From IMG/VR virus record IMGVR_UViG_3300015263_000627: a stretch of 64,000 bases of DNA. One strand, written 5' to 3'. Of this stretch, positions 18,762 to 28,369 are shown piece after piece (the stretch's first letter is position 1; each line of letters opens with the position of its first letter). Under the pieces are notes generated by a model. The model was given only the letters and a program-made list of their open reading frames with translations. It did no database searches and was not told the origin of the DNA. A program made the position numbers and the translations under genes. The DNA comes from a virus.

Positions 18762-18950
18762 GTGGATCATGATTTTGAATACCAAAAAAAAACTGTTATC
18801 AATTTGGATGAAAAAGCCTATGAGGATTTCATCCGATATATCAATAGTCCACCCAAACCGTCAAAGGTTTTAATTGATTTGATGAAACGTGTCACCCTAT
18901 GGGAGAAAAACAAAAAGGATGCGACCAATGACTTTATTTCAGAAGATTAA
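18762..18950 (+). CDS. Possible DUF1778/TacA antitoxin C-terminal fragment (no RHH domain)
   Basis: INLDEKAYEDFIRYINSPPKPSKVLIDLMKRVTLWE matches the L-x-x-x-x-(W/Y)-x-x-F...PP.P...L..LM....WE pattern; start uncertain (GTG 18762). Confidence 0.5.
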   Translation: MDHDFEYQKKTVINLDEKAYEDFIRYINSPPKPSKVLIDLMKRVTLWEKNKKDATNDFISED

Positions 18951-19371
18951 AGATATTTTGTTCGCCAAATCTGAGCATGATAAATTCTTCGAAGAATATA
19001 CAGAATATATGAAAGATATAGCAAAAAATTCTGCTCAAACGGATAAAATAATCGAAGAAATTCAATTAATGCTCAAGAAAATAAAAACAAAAGAAAAACA
19101 AATGGCAAATACCACAATTCAAAACATTATTGAACCTGATTCCCTACCAAAACCTGTCGATATTAGTGAAATCAATATCGAGGTTCCGGAAATGATGATC
19201 CAGCAAGCCGCAGGATCAATTGGAGGGGTCAATAATTTCGTCCGATTATTACAAACGGCGAATTTATATAGAGAAGCCAATTTGACCCCGATTTATCTAA
19301 CCAATGCGTCCCAAACCGCTTTGCGGGTTGTTGCCCGAGAATTTTTAGAAAATCCGTATATTATCAACTAA
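18928..19371 (+). CDS. Hypothetical protein
   Basis: AAGGA RBS; 147 aa. Confidence 0.6.
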   Translation: MTLFQKIKDILFAKSEHDKFFEEYTEYMKDIAKNSAQTDKIIEEIQLMLKKIKTKEKQMANTTIQNIIEPDSLPKPVDISEINIEVPEMMIQQAAGSIGGVNNFVRLLQTANLYREANLTPIYLTNASQTALRVVAREFLENPYIIN

Positions 19372-19420
19372 AAAGGTCTTGACAATCCCCTCTAAATACA
19401 TTATACTACTACCATATACC

Positions 19421-19479
19421 ATAGATGCCAATAATGGGTCTATAAAATATCAACTCGCTTATAAAGGAGAAACAATATG
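19421..19479 (+). promoter_or_regulatory. ROSE-like RNA thermometer upstream of sHsp
   Basis: CUCGCUU-AUA-AAGGAG hairpin with bulged G pairing the SD; upstream hairpin ATAGAT...GTCTAT. Confidence 0.65.
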
Positions 19480-19968
19480 TTTAGTAACCTTCCGTCTATT
19501 TCTGACCAATTCAACAAATATTTCCTTGGCTTTGACGATATGTTCGAGCGTTTGCAGGATTTTGGGGTCAGTGTCCAACATGAAGTCGCCAAAAATTGGC
19601 CACCTTTTAATATCGTAAAGAATAAAGAAAATTCCTACACCATTGAAATGGCTGTAGCAGGTTTCGGCTCTAACGATATCAATGTTGAAATGGGCGATGG
19701 CACCTTGACCATTACAGGCAAGATGCAATCAACTGATGAAAAGGATACCGGTAATTATCTATTCAAGGGAATTGCCGAGCGATCCTTCACCCGCAAGTTT
19801 AGTCTTGCCGACACTGTTGAAGTGAAAAATGCTGAATTAGTCAATGGTATGCTAAAGGTTTATCTTGACAATCTAGTGCCTATGGCAAAAGCTATCAAGA
19901 AAATCCCAATTCTCAATGGAAACGGGAAAACCGAAGATACTCGCGAACTATTGAACGAGAAAGCGTAA
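19477..19968 (+). CDS. hsp20: Small heat-shock protein Hsp20 (IbpA-type)
   Basis: WPPFNIVK, IEMAVAGF, YLFKGIAERSFTRKFSLAD, AELVNGML, IPI. Confidence 0.96.
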   Translation: MFSNLPSISDQFNKYFLGFDDMFERLQDFGVSVQHEVAKNWPPFNIVKNKENSYTIEMAVAGFGSNDINVEMGDGTLTITGKMQSTDEKDTGNYLFKGIAERSFTRKFSLADTVEVKNAELVNGMLKVYLDNLVPMAKAIKKIPILNGNGKTEDTRELLNEKA

Positions 19969-20123
19969 TGTGTCGGAGATTGAATGAGGGATTCAAGGAA
20001 GCATTCAAAAGGCTCTTTGGTCCTAAGAATGAATTGGAAGATTATATAAAAGGGTCCACCAGTATTGCGGAAATAGAACGCCGCCAACAGGAATGGCACT
20101 TTGATCTTCACAATTATCGCTAA
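19968..20123 (+). CDS. Small hypothetical protein (51 aa)
   Basis: TAATG coupling; hand-translated. Confidence 0.5.
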   Translation: MCRRLNEGFKEAFKRLFGPKNELEDYIKGSTSIAEIERRQQEWHFDLHNYR

Positions 20124-20147
20124 TTTATAATAACCAAATAATACTAT

Positions 20148-20173
20148 GGGGGGGCGTTTTGCTCCCCCTTTTT
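20148..20173 (+). terminator. Intrinsic terminator
   Basis: G-run/C-run stem followed by T tract. Confidence 0.7.
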
Positions 20174-20175
20174 AC

Positions 20176-20204
20176 TTGACTTTGCCATATTATTCAAGTA
20201 TAAT
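20176..20204 (+). promoter_or_regulatory. sigma70-type promoter for gp43
   Basis: TTGACT-17-TATAAT. Confidence 0.85.
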
Positions 20205-20227
20205 AGAGGATTATCAAAAGGACAAAT

Positions 20228-22750
20228 ATGGCATTTTTCTATACAAACGTATATCAGCGATCCAATAAAATATACATTCGGGGTTATAATAACGACAAAC
20301 GTTTTCAAGACGTTGCCGATTATGAACCATATTTATTCATTCCAGACAAGGATGGCAAATCAGACTACCATACCTTACAAGGTGAACCGGTAAAAAGAAT
20401 ATCTTTCAATTCTATAAAAGAAGCCCGAGATTTCGTAAAGAAATACGAAGATGTTGAAAATGCCGCTTTTTATGGTATGACCAATTTCCAGTATGTAGCC
20501 TTGAACGACGAATTTCCGGGGATGATCGATTATAATCCCAAGGTTATTTCTGTTGCTTCACTCGATATCGAAGTTCATTCTCCCAACGGATTTCCAGACG
20601 TTGATAAAGCTGATCAAATGGTATCGGCTATTACACTAATCAAACGAGACAAGATCATCACATTTGGATTGAAAGCTTTTACACCATCTGATCCCAATGT
20701 TACCTATATTCTTTGTGATGATGAAAAGGATTTGTTGAAAAAATTTATTGCTATCTGGAGTGATGATCATCCGGATGTGGTTACCGGCTGGAATATTGAA
20801 ATGTTTGATATTCCCTACCTAGTCAACCGAATCCGCAAATTACTTGGTAACAAATGGGTCAATCTTCTTTCGCCATATGGATTCGTTTATCCACGCGAAA
20901 TAATTCGGGGAAAGTATGCCAGTTCCAATTTTGATGACCGAAAAGAAATCGTTTATGATATCACTGGTATTTCCCAATTAGACTATCAACAGCTTTATCG
21001 TAAATTCACTTTCACCAACCATGAAAGTTATGCTCTTGGGCATATTGCTTTTGTGGAATTGGGTGAGAAGAAAATCGACTATTCGGAAGTCCGATCCTTG
21101 GCTGAATTGTATGAGAAGGATCACGACAAATATATAAATTATAACGTCCGGGACGCCGTATTGGTGGACAAGCTAGAAAAGAAACTTGGTTTCATTCAAC
21201 TAGTGTTTGCTTTGGCATACAAAGCTAAAATCAATTACGTTGATGCTTTGACTACCCTTCGTCCATGGGACGTGATCATTCACAATCATTTGATGGAAAA
21301 AAAGATAGTTATTCCGCAAGCATTCAATCAGGATATGCGTCCGTTTGAGGGAGCCTATGTGAAAGACGTTCAAATCGGAATGCATCGATGGGTGGTATCC
21401 TTCGACTTGAACTCTCTATATCCGTCTATTATTTCGCAATGTAACATTTCACCTGAAACGATGGTAAAGAAAATTGAAATTCCATCCATTGATGAAATTC
21501 TCAAGACCAAATCAATCAATACTAAAGATTTTGATAACATCAATATGCTAAAGGATTGTGAACTATCATTGGTCGCCAACGGTTGGTGTTATATCCGAGA
21601 GAAAAAGGGTTTCCTTGGAGAACTGGTCGATATTTTTATTGCTGATCGTTCTTCCATCCGAAAAGAAATCAAGGTTTTACAAAAAGAAAACAATTCCAAG
21701 AACGAAAACAAAATCTCTCAATTACATAATTACCAGTGGGCGCTAAAGATTTTGACCAATGGTTTGTATGGAGCCTTGGGTAACCGTTATTTCCGTTGGT
21801 TCAATGTTGATCTTGCCGAATCAATTACCAAAACAGGACAATTAGCTGATCGATGGATTGCCGATGCACTCAATGATTATCTCAATAAAGAGCTATCTTC
21901 TCAAGATATGGATTACATTATCGCGGGAGATACTGATTCCGTCTATATCAATCTTGAACCGCTGGTCCAAAAGAACTTTGCATCACTCGATGATACAAAG
22001 CGGATCGTTGAATTTTTGGACAAGGTATGTAAGGAAAAACTGGAACCTTTTATTAAGCGACAGTATCTATCTCTTGGCGAGATGCTTAATTCTTATAACC
22101 AAAAACTGATAATGAACCGGGAAGCTATCTGCAATAAAGCAATCTTCCGGGGCAAAAAAATGTATATTCTCAATGTCTGGAATAGTGAAGGTATTGCCTA
22201 TGAAAAACCCAAGCTGAAAATCAAGGGTATTGAAGCTGTCCGTTCCAGCACCCCTATGGTTTGTCGTAATTCTATTCGGGAAGCTTTAAGTGTTATCATG
22301 AACAAGGAAGAAACTGATTTGCATCAGTTTGTTGCTGAGTTTGAAAAGAAATTCATGGAACTACCATTCGAAGATATTGCTTTTCCCCGAACCTTGAACA
22401 ATTTGGAAACCTATTATGATCCAAATACATTGTTCAAATTGCATTGTCCTATCCATGTGCGAGGATCGATCCTTTACAATAAATTGTTGCAGGATAAAAA
22501 GCTTACATCCAAATATCAAGTTATTCATAATAAGGATAAAATCAAATTTGCTTATTTGAAAAAACCCAATCCAATAAATGAACATGTTATAGCTGCCTAT
22601 AATGAACTACCCGAGGAATTAGGATTGACTAAATACATTGATCATGATATGCAGTTTGAAAAGGCATTTCTATCGCCAATTCGTTCCATTACTTCCATTA
22701 TCGGCTGGAACACCGAAAAACAAAACACATTACTAGGATTTTTTCAATAA
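20228..22750 (+). CDS. 43: Family B DNA polymerase gp43
   Basis: DIEV exonuclease, GWNIEMFD, SFDLNSLYPS, KILTNGLYG, AGDTDS; no intron or intein seen. Confidence 0.98.
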   Translation: MAFFYTNVYQRSNKIYIRGYNNDKRFQDVADYEPYLFIPDKDGKSDYHTLQGEPVKRISFNSIKEARDFVKKYEDVENAAFYGMTNFQYVALNDEFPGMIDYNPKVISVASLDIEVHSPNGFPDVDKADQMVSAITLIKRDKIITFGLKAFTPSDPNVTYILCDDEKDLLKKFIAIWSDDHPDVVTGWNIEMFDIPYLVNRIRKLLGNKWVNLLSPYGFVYPREIIRGKYASSNFDDRKEIVYDITGISQLDYQQLYRKFTFTNHESYALGHIAFVELGEKKIDYSEVRSLAELYEKDHDKYINYNVRDAVLVDKLEKKLGFIQLVFALAYKAKINYVDALTTLRPWDVIIHNHLMEKKIVIPQAFNQDMRPFEGAYVKDVQIGMHRWVVSFDLNSLYPSIISQCNISPETMVKKIEIPSIDEILKTKSINTKDFDNINMLKDCELSLVANGWCYIREKKGFLGELVDIFIADRSSIRKEIKVLQKENNSKNENKISQLHNYQWALKILTNGLYGALGNRYFRWFNVDLAESITKTGQLADRWIADALNDYLNKELSSQDMDYIIAGDTDSVYINLEPLVQKNFASLDDTKRIVEFLDKVCKEKLEPFIKRQYLSLGEMLNSYNQKLIMNREAICNKAIFRGKKMYILNVWNSEGIAYEKPKLKIKGIEAVRSSTPMVCRNSIREALSVIMNKEETDLHQFVAEFEKKFMELPFEDIAFPRTLNNLETYYDPNTLFKLHCPIHVRGSILYNKLLQDKKLTSKYQVIHNKDKIKFAYLKKPNPINEHVIAAYNELPEELGLTKYIDHDMQFEKAFLSPIRSITSIIGWNTEKQNTLLGFFQ

Positions 22751-23172
22751 TGAGATTAGAACAATATTGTTATACACGTAAAGATTTCAAGATTGAATGG
22801 TTTTCGGGAACAGGTCCGGGTGGACAAAACCGAAACAAAGTTCAAACTTGTGTTCGTATAACACACATTCCAAGCGGTATAAAATCAATAGGACAGACTG
22901 AGCGAACCCGCACTGGTAATTTTCGTTTAGCCTTTCAAAACCTTGGAAAGAAAATAGAAATGTGGGTCAAAAAACAAATCGCTTTAGAATCTGTTCCCCG
23001 TAAAAAAATAGATGAACGAATAAGAACATATCATTTTGTGGATAATTGGGTCAAAGATCATCTATCTGGACATACCATTCCAGCTTCCCTTTTGGACAAG
23101 AAATTTGGGGAATTGATAACTGCTCGTAATATCGCAAAACACTTGGAGATAGTTAATGAAAGAATTTCTTAA
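22750..23172 (+). CDS. Mini class I release-factor-like peptidyl-tRNA hydrolase (GGQ)
   Basis: SGTGPGGQNRNK, VRITHIPSG, ERIRTYHF...VKDHLSG; lacks RF domains 1 and 2. Confidence 0.85.
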   Translation: MRLEQYCYTRKDFKIEWFSGTGPGGQNRNKVQTCVRITHIPSGIKSIGQTERTRTGNFRLAFQNLGKKIEMWVKKQIALESVPRKKIDERIRTYHFVDNWVKDHLSGHTIPASLLDKKFGELITARNIAKHLEIVNERIS

Positions 23173-23575
23173 AGAAACTATTGGTCTAATTGTGTTGACT
23201 TTGTTGTTTGCTCTAGTATTTGGAGCATTCAATAAATCTCATGCCCGCACTTGGAAACAAGGCGCAATGCGATATATTCATTATCACAATAATTGCCATG
23301 CTGGTAGTAAACCTGTTATTGCTTCGTTTTATTGGCAGGGACAACGGCTGGCATCCGGGGGACGTTTCAATCCCAATGGACATTCAGTTGCCCATCGATC
23401 ATTGCCTTTTGGACATAAACTTCGAGTAACCAATCCTAAAAATAGAAAAAGTGTTTGGGTAGTAGTCAATGATCGCGGTCCTTATGTAAAAGGGGTAACT
23501 CTTGATTTATCACGCGGCGCTGCTCGCCATATCGGAATGACTAGCTCACAATATGTATGTGTGGAGGGACTATGA
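23156..23575 (+). CDS. rlpA: RlpA-like lytic transglycosylase (DPBB)
   Basis: ASGGRFNP, AHRSLPFG, VNDRGPY, LDLSRGAA; signal peptide. Confidence 0.9.
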   Translation: MKEFLKETIGLIVLTLLFALVFGAFNKSHARTWKQGAMRYIHYHNNCHAGSKPVIASFYWQGQRLASGGRFNPNGHSVAHRSLPFGHKLRVTNPKNRKSVWVVVNDRGPYVKGVTLDLSRGAARHIGMTSSQYVCVEGL

Positions 23576-23781
23576 CTATAGCACCCGAAGATCAAAAATT
23601 TTTGAAATTTCTTTTTTATACCGAAGGGGTGGATAGAGAAGCAGGATTTTGTTTGTTAGAAGGAAGATTTTTGGGTTATTTACATTATAAAACGATGTTA
23701 TATCTTATACTATATCCAATAATGTTTATATGGGAATTTTGTCGATTTATAAAATATAAAATATGGAGAAAAATACAATGA
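23572..23781 (+). CDS. Hypothetical protein
   Basis: Coupled; hydrophobic C-terminus. Confidence 0.45.
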   Translation: MTIAPEDQKFLKFLFYTEGVDREAGFCLLEGRFLGYLHYKTMLYLILYPIMFIWEFCRFIKYKIWRKIQ

Positions 23782-24038
23782 AAGAAAACGATTTCGGATT
23801 TACCTTTGTTGATGAAACTGAATACGAAACTTATGAACGTAGTCTGAAAGATCAACTATCAAAAATATCAACAACAACCGATATAACTCAAAAAAAGCTT
23901 GATCAGATTTTGGGGATTATTGCCCCATTCTTGAAACAACTTGCTTCCGACCCATCCAAGATTTATATCAAATGGGAAAATCGAAGCAATAAAATCAAGG
24001 AAATCCAAGACAAAATTGATAAAGTGTTAGGAACATAA
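23763..24038 (+). CDS. Conserved hypothetical T4-like protein
   Basis: DFGFTFVDE...PFLKQL...YIKWENR. Confidence 0.7.
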   Translation: MEKNTMKENDFGFTFVDETEYETYERSLKDQLSKISTTTDITQKKLDQILGIIAPFLKQLASDPSKIYIKWENRSNKIKEIQDKIDKVLGT

Positions 24039-24205
24039 ATGGCACGTTCTGATACATTAACTGCAAAAGCAAATCGTTTACTTGTTCTTGGTGATTATGC
24101 AGTAAATCGTGCCGAGAGTCGCCGCCTCCTTAGAAAATGTCGCCATTATCGACGGTTGGCAAAAGAAGCTCGAAAAATAGAACAAAAGAAATAGGAGAAT
24201 AAATT

Positions 24206-24838
24206 ATGTCAGAAGTAAAAGTTGTAATTGAATTGCCGGGAGATGGCGGTAATTATGAAGTGATTGATGATGCAATAAGCTCTACCAAGGGTGTTCCGGG
24301 TATGGCTCTTGAAATTGGCTTGCGCCGAGGCGGGGGTTGCAAACATATGATTGATATGATGGTTGCCTCTGATCAAAAAAGAGTTTTATTGGCTATCGAT
24401 CCTTATGGTAATATTGACTATGTTACCAAGATTGGGGGTCCTACTACTGTAGTAACTAAAATGGACTATACCAATAAAATGCGTAATGAATGTTTGATAA
24501 ATATGTATCTATATTGTCTGAAAAACAATATAAACTTTATATTTTTCAATCTTGAAGATACTGAGTTTATGAACCGATTTGCTGATGGTATTCCCGTTTA
24601 TGAAGAAAATAAACGGATGGAAACTCAATATGCTGTAATCTATTTTGATGGACCCCATGAAGTTGAGCCGGTTATGAAAGAAGTTGAATTTTTCGAACCT
24701 CGCGCCCCCAAGGGAGCCGTCTTTGTCTTTGACGATGTAACCTATTATGATCATTCAGTGATAGATAAATTTATGCTGGATCGGGGTTGGACTAATAAAC
24801 TAAAGACCCATCATAAGTGGTCATATCTCAAAGGATAA
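24206..24838 (+). CDS. Class I SAM-dependent methyltransferase
   Basis: LEIGLRRGG, IDPYG, YFDGPH, VFDD. Confidence 0.8.
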   Translation: MSEVKVVIELPGDGGNYEVIDDAISSTKGVPGMALEIGLRRGGGCKHMIDMMVASDQKRVLLAIDPYGNIDYVTKIGGPTTVVTKMDYTNKMRNECLINMYLYCLKNNINFIFFNLEDTEFMNRFADGIPVYEENKRMETQYAVIYFDGPHEVEPVMKEVEFFEPRAPKGAVFVFDDVTYYDHSVIDKFMLDRGWTNKLKTHHKWSYLKG

Positions 24839-24839
24839 G

Positions 24840-25658
24840 ATGCTAATTCACATTCTAACTCTAATCGTAGCCCTAATTATTTCGGCTGTAGCAGGATTTT
24901 TTTCTGTTTATGGTATCGGTATTATTTTCTCCGGTTCCTTCATATCGGCTATAATAATGGGTAGCGTTTTAGAATTGGGAAAAGTGGTTGCGGTATCGTG
25001 GCTGTATCGAAATTTCAAAACAGCCACATTCTTATTGAAAAGCTATCTAATCGGGGCTATTGTTGTTCTATCCTTGATAACATCCTTGGGTATATTTGGT
25101 TATCTGTCTCGCGCCCATCTTGAACAAACCATATTGATCAATACGGGAGCCGCCAGCCAGATTTCCCTTATCCAGACAAAGATTGATCAACAAAAAGAGG
25201 CGGTTTCTGATTATGATAAACGAATAGACCTTATAAACAAGGCACAAGATAACCTAGTAAAAACCAATCGATCCAATACAGCGTTACGGAATGAACAACG
25301 GCAAAGAGAAAATCGTAATCAATTATATGATGAACGAAATAAAATTCAGAATACAATAAACGATCTGGAACAACAAAAGGTCAAACTTGAAAATGAAAAC
25401 AAAAAAGTCCAGCTTGATGTTGGACCAATCCGATATGTATCCGATGCTATATTTGGCAATACCGATCAGAATACCGTTGATAAGACTGTTCGTTTTCTTA
25501 TCATAATAATAATGTTTGTGTTCGACCCCCTAGCTATAGCACTAATTGTCGCCGCCAATCATGGTTTAGTATTGATGAAAAAGGAAAAAGACTTGACTCC
25601 TTCGGACGATCCTGATATACTTAGGATAAGAAAGAATAGCCTAAAAGAATTTGAATAA
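24840..25658 (+). CDS. Conserved membrane protein with long coiled coil
   Basis: Three N-terminal TMs, LELGKV, GIFGYLS, VGPIRY, FDPLAI. Confidence 0.75.
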   Translation: MLIHILTLIVALIISAVAGFFSVYGIGIIFSGSFISAIIMGSVLELGKVVAVSWLYRNFKTATFLLKSYLIGAIVVLSLITSLGIFGYLSRAHLEQTILINTGAASQISLIQTKIDQQKEAVSDYDKRIDLINKAQDNLVKTNRSNTALRNEQRQRENRNQLYDERNKIQNTINDLEQQKVKLENENKKVQLDVGPIRYVSDAIFGNTDQNTVDKTVRFLIIIIMFVFDPLAIALIVAANHGLVLMKKEKDLTPSDDPDILRIRKNSLKEFE

Positions 25659-25672
25659 AGGGAAATTATATT

Positions 25673-25936
25673 ATGAGAATGAATAGTAAACAAAAACAAG
25701 ACCTATATTATATAATTCTCGACCATATTTCAGACATAAACAATAAACTTTTAGAAATCAACTCTGATAGTTTATATAATAATTTTACTAGCACCCATAG
25801 GTTGCTATATGATAAAATTTACACGTTTGAATGTCTAATATTTGCTGAAATCAAAAACCTAGAACAAGAAAAACAAAAAGAAATATTGCTCAAAAAGGAA
25901 AAATCTCTCAATGAAAAAGACCCATACCAAGTCTAA
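25673..25936 (+). CDS. Hypothetical protein
   Basis: Operon packing. Confidence 0.45.
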   Translation: MRMNSKQKQDLYYIILDHISDINNKLLEINSDSLYNNFTSTHRLLYDKIYTFECLIFAEIKNLEQEKQKEILLKKEKSLNEKDPYQV

Positions 25937-26981
25937 GAAAACAAAAATCAATAACGAATTACGTGATAGAATCCTCAAAATATCCACTCTTGAAGATACA
26001 TCGATGTTATTGGATAGTATCGTCTTTTCTAAAAAGGATATGATTACGACTCCGGTTCCGATGATGAATGTTGCCCTATCAGGATCATTTGATGGAGGAT
26101 TGTTACCCGGGGCGCTTATGATTGCAGGTCCATCCAAACATTTCAAAACCTTGTTTGGTTTATTGTTGGTATTTTCTTTCTTACAACAATATCCAGACGG
26201 TATTGTATTGTTTTACGATTCCGAATTTGGCACTCCCAAACAATATTTCAAACTATTCGGTATTGATGAAAGTCGAGTCATTCATTCTCCTGTTGCAGTT
26301 GTTGAAGATATGACTACTGATATTCTCAATCAAGTCAACGCAATTGAAAAAGGCGAACATGTATTGATTCTAGTAGATTCTATCGGAAATTTGGCGTCCT
26401 CAAAAGAATTAGATGATGCTACAGCCGGTAAAGATAAGACTGATATGACCCGAGCTAAGAAAATCAAGGCTCTATTCCGGATGCTTATTTCAAAGATCAA
26501 TTTGAAAGGTATTCCAATGATTGTTATCAATCACACATATAAAACATTAGATTTGTTTTCCAAGGATGTTGTCGGAGGCGGAACTGGTCCTATTTACGGA
26601 ACCAATGATATTTGGATCGTAGGTCGTCAACAAGACAAGGATGGCAAAGTATTAGAAGGCTTCAACTTTATCATCAGGATTGAAAAATCTCGCACCGTCA
26701 AGGAAAAGAGCCAAATTCCAATTGAGGTTTCGTTTGAATCCGGTATCCAAAAATGGAGCGGATTTCTTGATCTGGCAATTGAAGCGGGTATTGTGCAACA
26801 ATCAGGCATATGGTATAATATTGCCGAAACCCGGTTTCGCCGGAATGAAATTGAATATAATGGTGAAATTTGGCAGAATTTAATGCCGCAATTACAAGAA
26901 TACGTCGAGAAGAAATACAAGCTTCCCGAGGGTATTATTATAAATGAAGATAAAGTAGAAAGTGAAACTGTTTCCGAATGA
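25911..26981 (+). CDS. uvsX: RecA-like recombinase UvsX
   Basis: AGPSKHFKT, FYDSEFG, VDSIGNLAS, DMTRAK, GGGTG. Confidence 0.96.
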   Translation: MKKTHTKSKKTKINNELRDRILKISTLEDTSMLLDSIVFSKKDMITTPVPMMNVALSGSFDGGLLPGALMIAGPSKHFKTLFGLLLVFSFLQQYPDGIVLFYDSEFGTPKQYFKLFGIDESRVIHSPVAVVEDMTTDILNQVNAIEKGEHVLILVDSIGNLASSKELDDATAGKDKTDMTRAKKIKALFRMLISKINLKGIPMIVINHTYKTLDLFSKDVVGGGTGPIYGTNDIWIVGRQQDKDGKVLEGFNFIIRIEKSRTVKEKSQIPIEVSFESGIQKWSGFLDLAIEAGIVQQSGIWYNIAETRFRRNEIEYNGEIWQNLMPQLQEYVEKKYKLPEGIIINEDKVESETVSE

Positions 26982-28369
26982 TTGAAAGAACTATTCTTTC
27001 CAGTTTAGTCCATGATGAAAACTATGCTCGTAAAGTTCTACCTTATATAAAATCTGAATATTTTCAGAATAAATCCGAGCAAGTTGTTTTCAACATAATT
27101 TTCGATCATATCAATCGGTATAACACTATACCGAGTGTATCGACGCTTTTTGTCGAATTGAACAATCGTAAAACAAATATCGATGAACATGAGTTCAAGG
27201 AAGTCAGTGATATTGTTACGGGTTTACAAACTAAACAGGAATGTGATCTACAATGGCTGGTTGATAAAACCGAAGCATTTTGCCAAGAAAAAGCAATCTA
27301 TAATGGTATTATAGAATCAGTTCGTATTCTAAATGATAAATCGGGAAAAATGACTAAACATGCTATTCCCGGTATTCTACAAAATGCATTGGCAGTATCC
27401 TTTGATACTCATATCGGTGTTGATCTAATCAATGATGCTGATGATTGGTTCGAACGTGTTCGCGCTCCCCATATTCGGGTTCCGTTTGATCTTGATATGA
27501 TGAACAAGATCACCAAGGATGGATTATTGAAAAAAACCTTGAACCTATTCATGGGAGGTGTAGGTTTTGGTAAGACCTTGTGGATGTGTCATCTTGCCGG
27601 GGCTAATCTACTATTAGGTAAAAACGTATTGTATATTACCTTGGAAATGTCGGAAGACCAAATTTCCGAACGTATCTATGCTAATATGCTCAACGTTCCG
27701 CTGGATCAGCTTGATATTATTCCCAAAGATGTATTTTTAGCTAAAGTAGATAAACTAAAGGAAAAGACAACCGGTAAGCTTATTGTTCATGAATATCCAA
27801 CCAGTGGAGCCGGGGCAGCAAATTTCCGACACTTATTGAACGAATTGAAGATCAAGAAGAACTTTATTCCGGATATTGTCTATATTGACTATCTGAATAT
27901 CTGTATTTCCAATCGAGTAAAATTCTCTCCGCAAATTGGTATGTATCTATACGTCAAGATGATTTCCGAAGAAATTCGAGGATTGGCAATTGAACAAAAT
28001 GTCCCAATTGTATCGGCTACGCAAATAAATCGAGAAGGGTTTACAGCGTCCGATCCGGGTATGGAAAACATATCCGAATCATTTGCTCTTGCCGCTACCG
28101 CCGACCTGATCTTGATCATTGTGGTATCGGATGAATTGATCAAGCTAGGGCAATATATGATCAAACAAGTAAAAAATCGATATTCAGATATGAACAAAAA
28201 TAATAAATTTGTTATCGGTGTTGACCGCAGCAAGATGCGACTTTATAATGTAGAACAAAAGGCTCAAACTTTGATTCAACCTCCCACCAGTAATGAACCC
28301 AAAAGTATATCGGAACGAGCAATGGCAATGGTCCATAAACCAAAATTTGACTTTAAGGATTTCAAATGA
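26978..28369 (+). CDS. 41: Replicative helicase gp41
   Basis: GGVGFGKT, ITLEM, IDYLNI, SATQINR, SESFAL, VKNRY. Confidence 0.97.
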   Translation: MIERTILSSLVHDENYARKVLPYIKSEYFQNKSEQVVFNIIFDHINRYNTIPSVSTLFVELNNRKTNIDEHEFKEVSDIVTGLQTKQECDLQWLVDKTEAFCQEKAIYNGIIESVRILNDKSGKMTKHAIPGILQNALAVSFDTHIGVDLINDADDWFERVRAPHIRVPFDLDMMNKITKDGLLKKTLNLFMGGVGFGKTLWMCHLAGANLLLGKNVLYITLEMSEDQISERIYANMLNVPLDQLDIIPKDVFLAKVDKLKEKTTGKLIVHEYPTSGAGAANFRHLLNELKIKKNFIPDIVYIDYLNICISNRVKFSPQIGMYLYVKMISEEIRGLAIEQNVPIVSATQINREGFTASDPGMENISESFALAATADLILIIVVSDELIKLGQYMIKQVKNRYSDMNKNNKFVIGVDRSKMRLYNVEQKAQTLIQPPTSNEPKSISERAMAMVHKPKFDFKDFK

